Shown: positions 60,394 through 64,000 of the stretch, piece by piece
How positions within the stretch are numbered: the stretch's first letter is position 1
Layout of the letters: every line of letters starts with the position of its first letter
Origin: an uncultured Gemmatimonadaceae bacterium
GTDB lineage: Bacteria; Gemmatimonadota; Gemmatimonadetes; Gemmatimonadales; Gemmatimonadaceae
Length of the DNA stretch: 64,000 bases
Direction: 5' to 3'
Assembly (NCBI GenBank): GCA_963829055.1
Contig: CAWHHI010000020.1
Coordinates: 192,001 to 256,000, forward strand
The notes under the pieces: model-generated
The model's input: the letters and a program-made list of their open reading frames with translations, nothing else
Told to the model about the DNA's origin: nothing
Databases searched by the model: none
Position numbers and translations under genes: made by a program

Positions 60394-60845
60394 ATGCAAG
60401 ATTTCCGGCGGTTATCGTCTGGAGACGCGCGCACGTTTTCGCGATCGACGTACGACAGCGTGACGAAGACATTCCCGCGCACAGGCTACTCGCGATCTCA
60501 AGTCGCAGCTGCGCCGCGCGGCGGAGTCGATCGCAAGCAATATCGTCGAGGGTTGGCGCGGCGACACGAAAGGAATTCGCGCGTTTCCTCGACATCAGCA
60601 TCAAGTCGACTTCGGAGGTCGACTACCAACTCGAGCTTGCGCGAGACTACGGCGTTCTCCCGTATCATGCTTGGAAGCCACTGCCGTCGGAGGTCGTGCA
60701 GATAAGGAAGATGCTCTTCGCCCTGCGACGCGCGGTTCTCGCGGCTGACCAGGCGGCTCACTCGACCGGCCGCCGCACGCCGAACCACCCGATCCACCCG
60801 ATTCAGAGACCGCAGCCGCCGAAACCCGGAGTCCCTAGGAACTGA
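60394..60845 (+). CDS. Four-helix-bundle protein (23S rRNA IVS family), several apparent frameshifts
   Basis: MQDFRRL, VWRRAH, TKTFP, SQLRRAAESIASNIVEG and FLDISIKSTSEVDYQL, spread over frames. Confidence 0.8.
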
Positions 60846-61039
60846 AACCTGATGACTGGCAACTAAGCACTGACGACTTGTTACCGACCGGACGGTTCGC
60901 GATGCCAGCCCTCTCAGGTCTCCAGCCCAAACCCAGCCTCCGTCCGTAGCAGCCACCAGCCTTGCTGCCCCAACGGCTCGTCCCCACTATACGTAGTTAG
61001 GCAGCACCCCCCCCGCCTGGCTCTATTCGGAGGACCGGC

Positions 61040-63546
61040 ATGAAGTCAGTGTTTGCCGCCGCGGCATCGAGCGCAGTGCTCGTCGTCGCGGGTTCTACTG
61101 TCTACTTCGGTCCTCGCCCGATCGAGGCGGCCCGCCTCCCGAGCTACGGGCATGCTCCCCTCCCCAAACGCGCGCCCGCTGTCTCCAACGAAGCCCTAAC
61201 AGCTGTCGTCAGAGGCACTTGCGGCACCTGCCACAGCGAAAAGACGCGCTCCGGCAATCTCGTCCTCGCCACGTTCGACGTCGCCAACGCCGCGTCGACG
61301 CCCGAGACGGCCGAGAAGATGATCGCCAAGCTGCGCGCCGGGATGATGCCGCCGCCCGGGCGCAGACGACCCGGCGGCGACACCCTCGTCGCGCTCGCTG
61401 ACGACGCTCGAGCGGCTCGTCGACCACGCCGCCGCGGCGAAGCCCGAACCCGGCGCGCGCACCTTCCAGCGCCTGAATCGCGCCGAGTACGAGCGCTCCG
61501 ATCAAGCGACCTGCTCGACGCTCGACGTCGACGCCGGCAAGTGGCTGCCGCTCGACACGAAGAGCGCGAACTTCGACAACATCGCCGACGTGCAGACTGC
61601 CGTCGGCCACGCTGCTCGACGCCTACCTCGACGCCGCGAGCGAGATCAGCCGCCTCGCGGTCGGCGACCCGAAGGCCAGCGTCACGTCCGCGACCTACAA
61701 GCTGCCGCGCCTCGCCTCGCAGATGGACCAGGTCGAAGGCGCGCCGATCGGCACGCGCGGCGGCATCGCCGTCACGCACAACTTCCCGGCCGACGGCGAG
61801 TACGTCTTCGCGGTCGTCGCTGCACGCGATCCCGACCGGCCAGCTCTTCGGCTCGACGCTCCGTTCGACGAGAAGATCGAGGTCTCGGTCAACGGCGAGC
61901 GCGTCGCGCTGCTCGACATCGATCGCTGGATGTCGCAGGCCGACCCGAACGGCCTGGAGATCAAGACGAACCCGATTCCGGTCCGCGCCGGGCCGCAGCG
62001 CGTCACCGCGGCGTTCCTCACGACGTTCGACGGCCCGGTCAACGACCTGATCGCGCCGATCGGCCACAGCATCGCCGACACGCAGATCGGATCGCAGATC
62101 GGGCATCACGAGCATGCCCGCACCTGCAGGACTTCACCGTCACGCGGGCCGTACAACCCGACCGGCGTGTCCGAGACGCCGAGCCGGCAGTCGCATCTTC
62201 ACGCTGTCGCCCGACGCACGCCGACGAAGCGCGCCCCTGCGCCGAGAAGATCGTCACCCGACCTCGGCGGCGAGGCCTATCGCCGGCCGCTGACGCCGAG
62301 CGACGTGAAGGCGCTCATGGCGTTCTACGATGAAGGCGCTACGCGAGGGCGGATTCGAGCTCGGGATTCGCACGGCGCTCGAGGCGATCCTGGCGAGCCC
62401 GCACTTCGTCTTCCGCATGGAGGACACGCCGCGCGGCGCCAAGCCCGGCGACGCGCGTATGCGATCGGCGAGCTCGACCTCGCCTCGCGGCTCTCGTTCT
62501 TCCTCTGGGGCGAGCCGCCCGACGATCGCTGATCGCGGTCGCAAAGCAGCGGACGCGCTGTCGCACTCCGACGGTGCTCAAGGCGCAGACGCAGCGCATG
62601 CTCGCCGATCCGCGCTCCGAGGCGCTGGCGACGCGCTTCGCCGCGCAGTGGCTCCGGCTTCAGGACATCGAGAAGGTCCACCCGGACGCGCTCCAGTACC
62701 CGGACTTCCACAAGCAGCTCGCCGACGACATGCAGCGCGAGACGGAGCTGTTCTTCTACTCAGCTCGTCCGCGAGAACCGCAGCATGCTCGATCTGTACA
62801 CGGCCGACTACACGTACGTCAACGAGACCGCTCGCGAAGCACTACGGCATTCCGGGCGTCACCGGCGACGAGTTCCGCCGCGTGCGCTATCCGGACGACC
62901 GGCGCCGCGGCCTGCTCGGCCAGGCGAGCGTGCTGACGCTGACGTCGCACGCGAACCGCACGTCGCCGGTGCTGCGCGGCAAGTGGGTGATGGAAGTGCT
63001 TGCTCGGCTCGCCGCCGCCACCGCCGCCGCCGGACGTGCCCGATCTCGAGCAAGACCGGCGAGGCGAAGGAAGGCCGCATGCTCACGACGCGCGAGCGGA
63101 TGGAGATGCATCGCGTCGAACCCGCAGTGCCGCTCGTGTCACCAGTTCATGGATCCGATCGGTCTCGCGCTCGACAACTTCGACGTGACCGGACAGTGGC
63201 GCATTCGCGAGAACGGCGCGGCGCTCGACACGCGCGGGCAGCTTCTACGACGGCACGCCGGTCTCGAATCTCGGCCGAGCTGCAGCGCGGCGCTGCTCAA
63301 GCGCCCGACGCCGCTGATCCGCACGTTCACGCGAACCTGATGGCGTACGCGCTCGGCCGTCGCATCGAGTACTACGACAGCCCGATCGATCCGCCACATC
63401 GCGAACGACGCGGCCGCCGAGCGGCTACACAGTGCAGCGACTTCATGCTCGGCGTCGTGACGAGCGACGCGTTCCGGGCGAGGCGCGTACCCGCGGCCGC
63501 GGCCGACGTCGGCAGATCGACGACACTGACCAGCTCGAAACCCTAA
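61040..63546 (+). CDS. DUF1592-family cytochrome c-like multidomain protein (many apparent frameshifts)
   Basis: CGTCH, KLRAGMMPP, RLNRAEY, LASRLSFFLW, FAAQWL, RTSPVLRGKWV, CRSCH and LMAYALGR. Confidence 0.85.
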
Positions 63547-63570
63547 CGACGTACGCGGAGATTCTGGTCC

Positions 63571-64000
63571 ATGCATTTCCTGACCGGCAAGCCTCTTCCT
63601 CGCCGCACGTTCGTCCGGGCATGGGCGCCACGTTCGCGCTGCCGTTCCTCGACGCGATGCTGCCCGATCGGTTCGCGCCGCGAGTCGTCTCGCGCCGGAT
63701 CGCACGCGCTTCGTCGCCATCGAGATGGTGCACGGCGCCGCCGGCTGCAACGAGCTCGGCGCGAAGCTGAACCTCTGGTCGCCGGCCGCAGCCGGGACGG
63801 CAGTTCGACCTCGGCCCGACGGCGCTCAAGTCGCTCGAGCCGTACCGCGAGCACCTGACGATCGTCAGCAACACGGACGTCCGGCAGGCCGAGCCGGTGA
63901 CGCCGAAGGAGATCGGCGGCGACCACTTCCGGTCGAGCGCCGTGTTCCTCACGCAGTCGCATCCGAAGCAGACCGAGGGCTCCGACGTCTACGTCGGGAC
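63571..64000 (+). CDS. DUF1552 domain protein, partial and frameshifted
   Basis: LPRRTFVR, FALPFLDAM, IEMVHGAAG and GGDHFRSSAVFLT; usual partner of DUF1592. Confidence 0.82.

Overview
High-GC (roughly two-thirds G+C by eye) bacterial chromosomal DNA. Gene content (BTAD-TPR regulator, Ser/Thr kinase-TPR, ADOP-type ABC permease, DUF1592/DUF1552, TolB-like paralogs) suggests Gemmatimonadota; this is inference. The left 17 kb is an atypical integron locus. intI (16008-16985, minus strand) points toward its cassettes, with attI behind its 3' end, and it lacks several conserved IntI residues. Its minus-strand array has attC sites that decay from complete, to half, to core-only with distance from attI. 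A second, diverged copy of the ~220-bp intI-downstream/attI segment (1861-2090) has no integrase and heads a second array that runs off the left edge. The remaining 47 kb holds accessory and housekeeping genes: the MoxR-DUF58-RDD/SpoIIM operon, asnB, hydrolases and a DUF4160/DUF2442 pair. It also carries eight REP-like palindromic elements and two small genes (GxxExxY, four-helix bundle) bracketed by inverted short tandem repeats. The integron core heptamer GTTAGGC is strongly over-represented across the whole window, on both strands and inside genes. Many conserved genes are frameshifted, probably from uncorrected long-read indels. All family calls come from motif recognition by eye; no database was searched.
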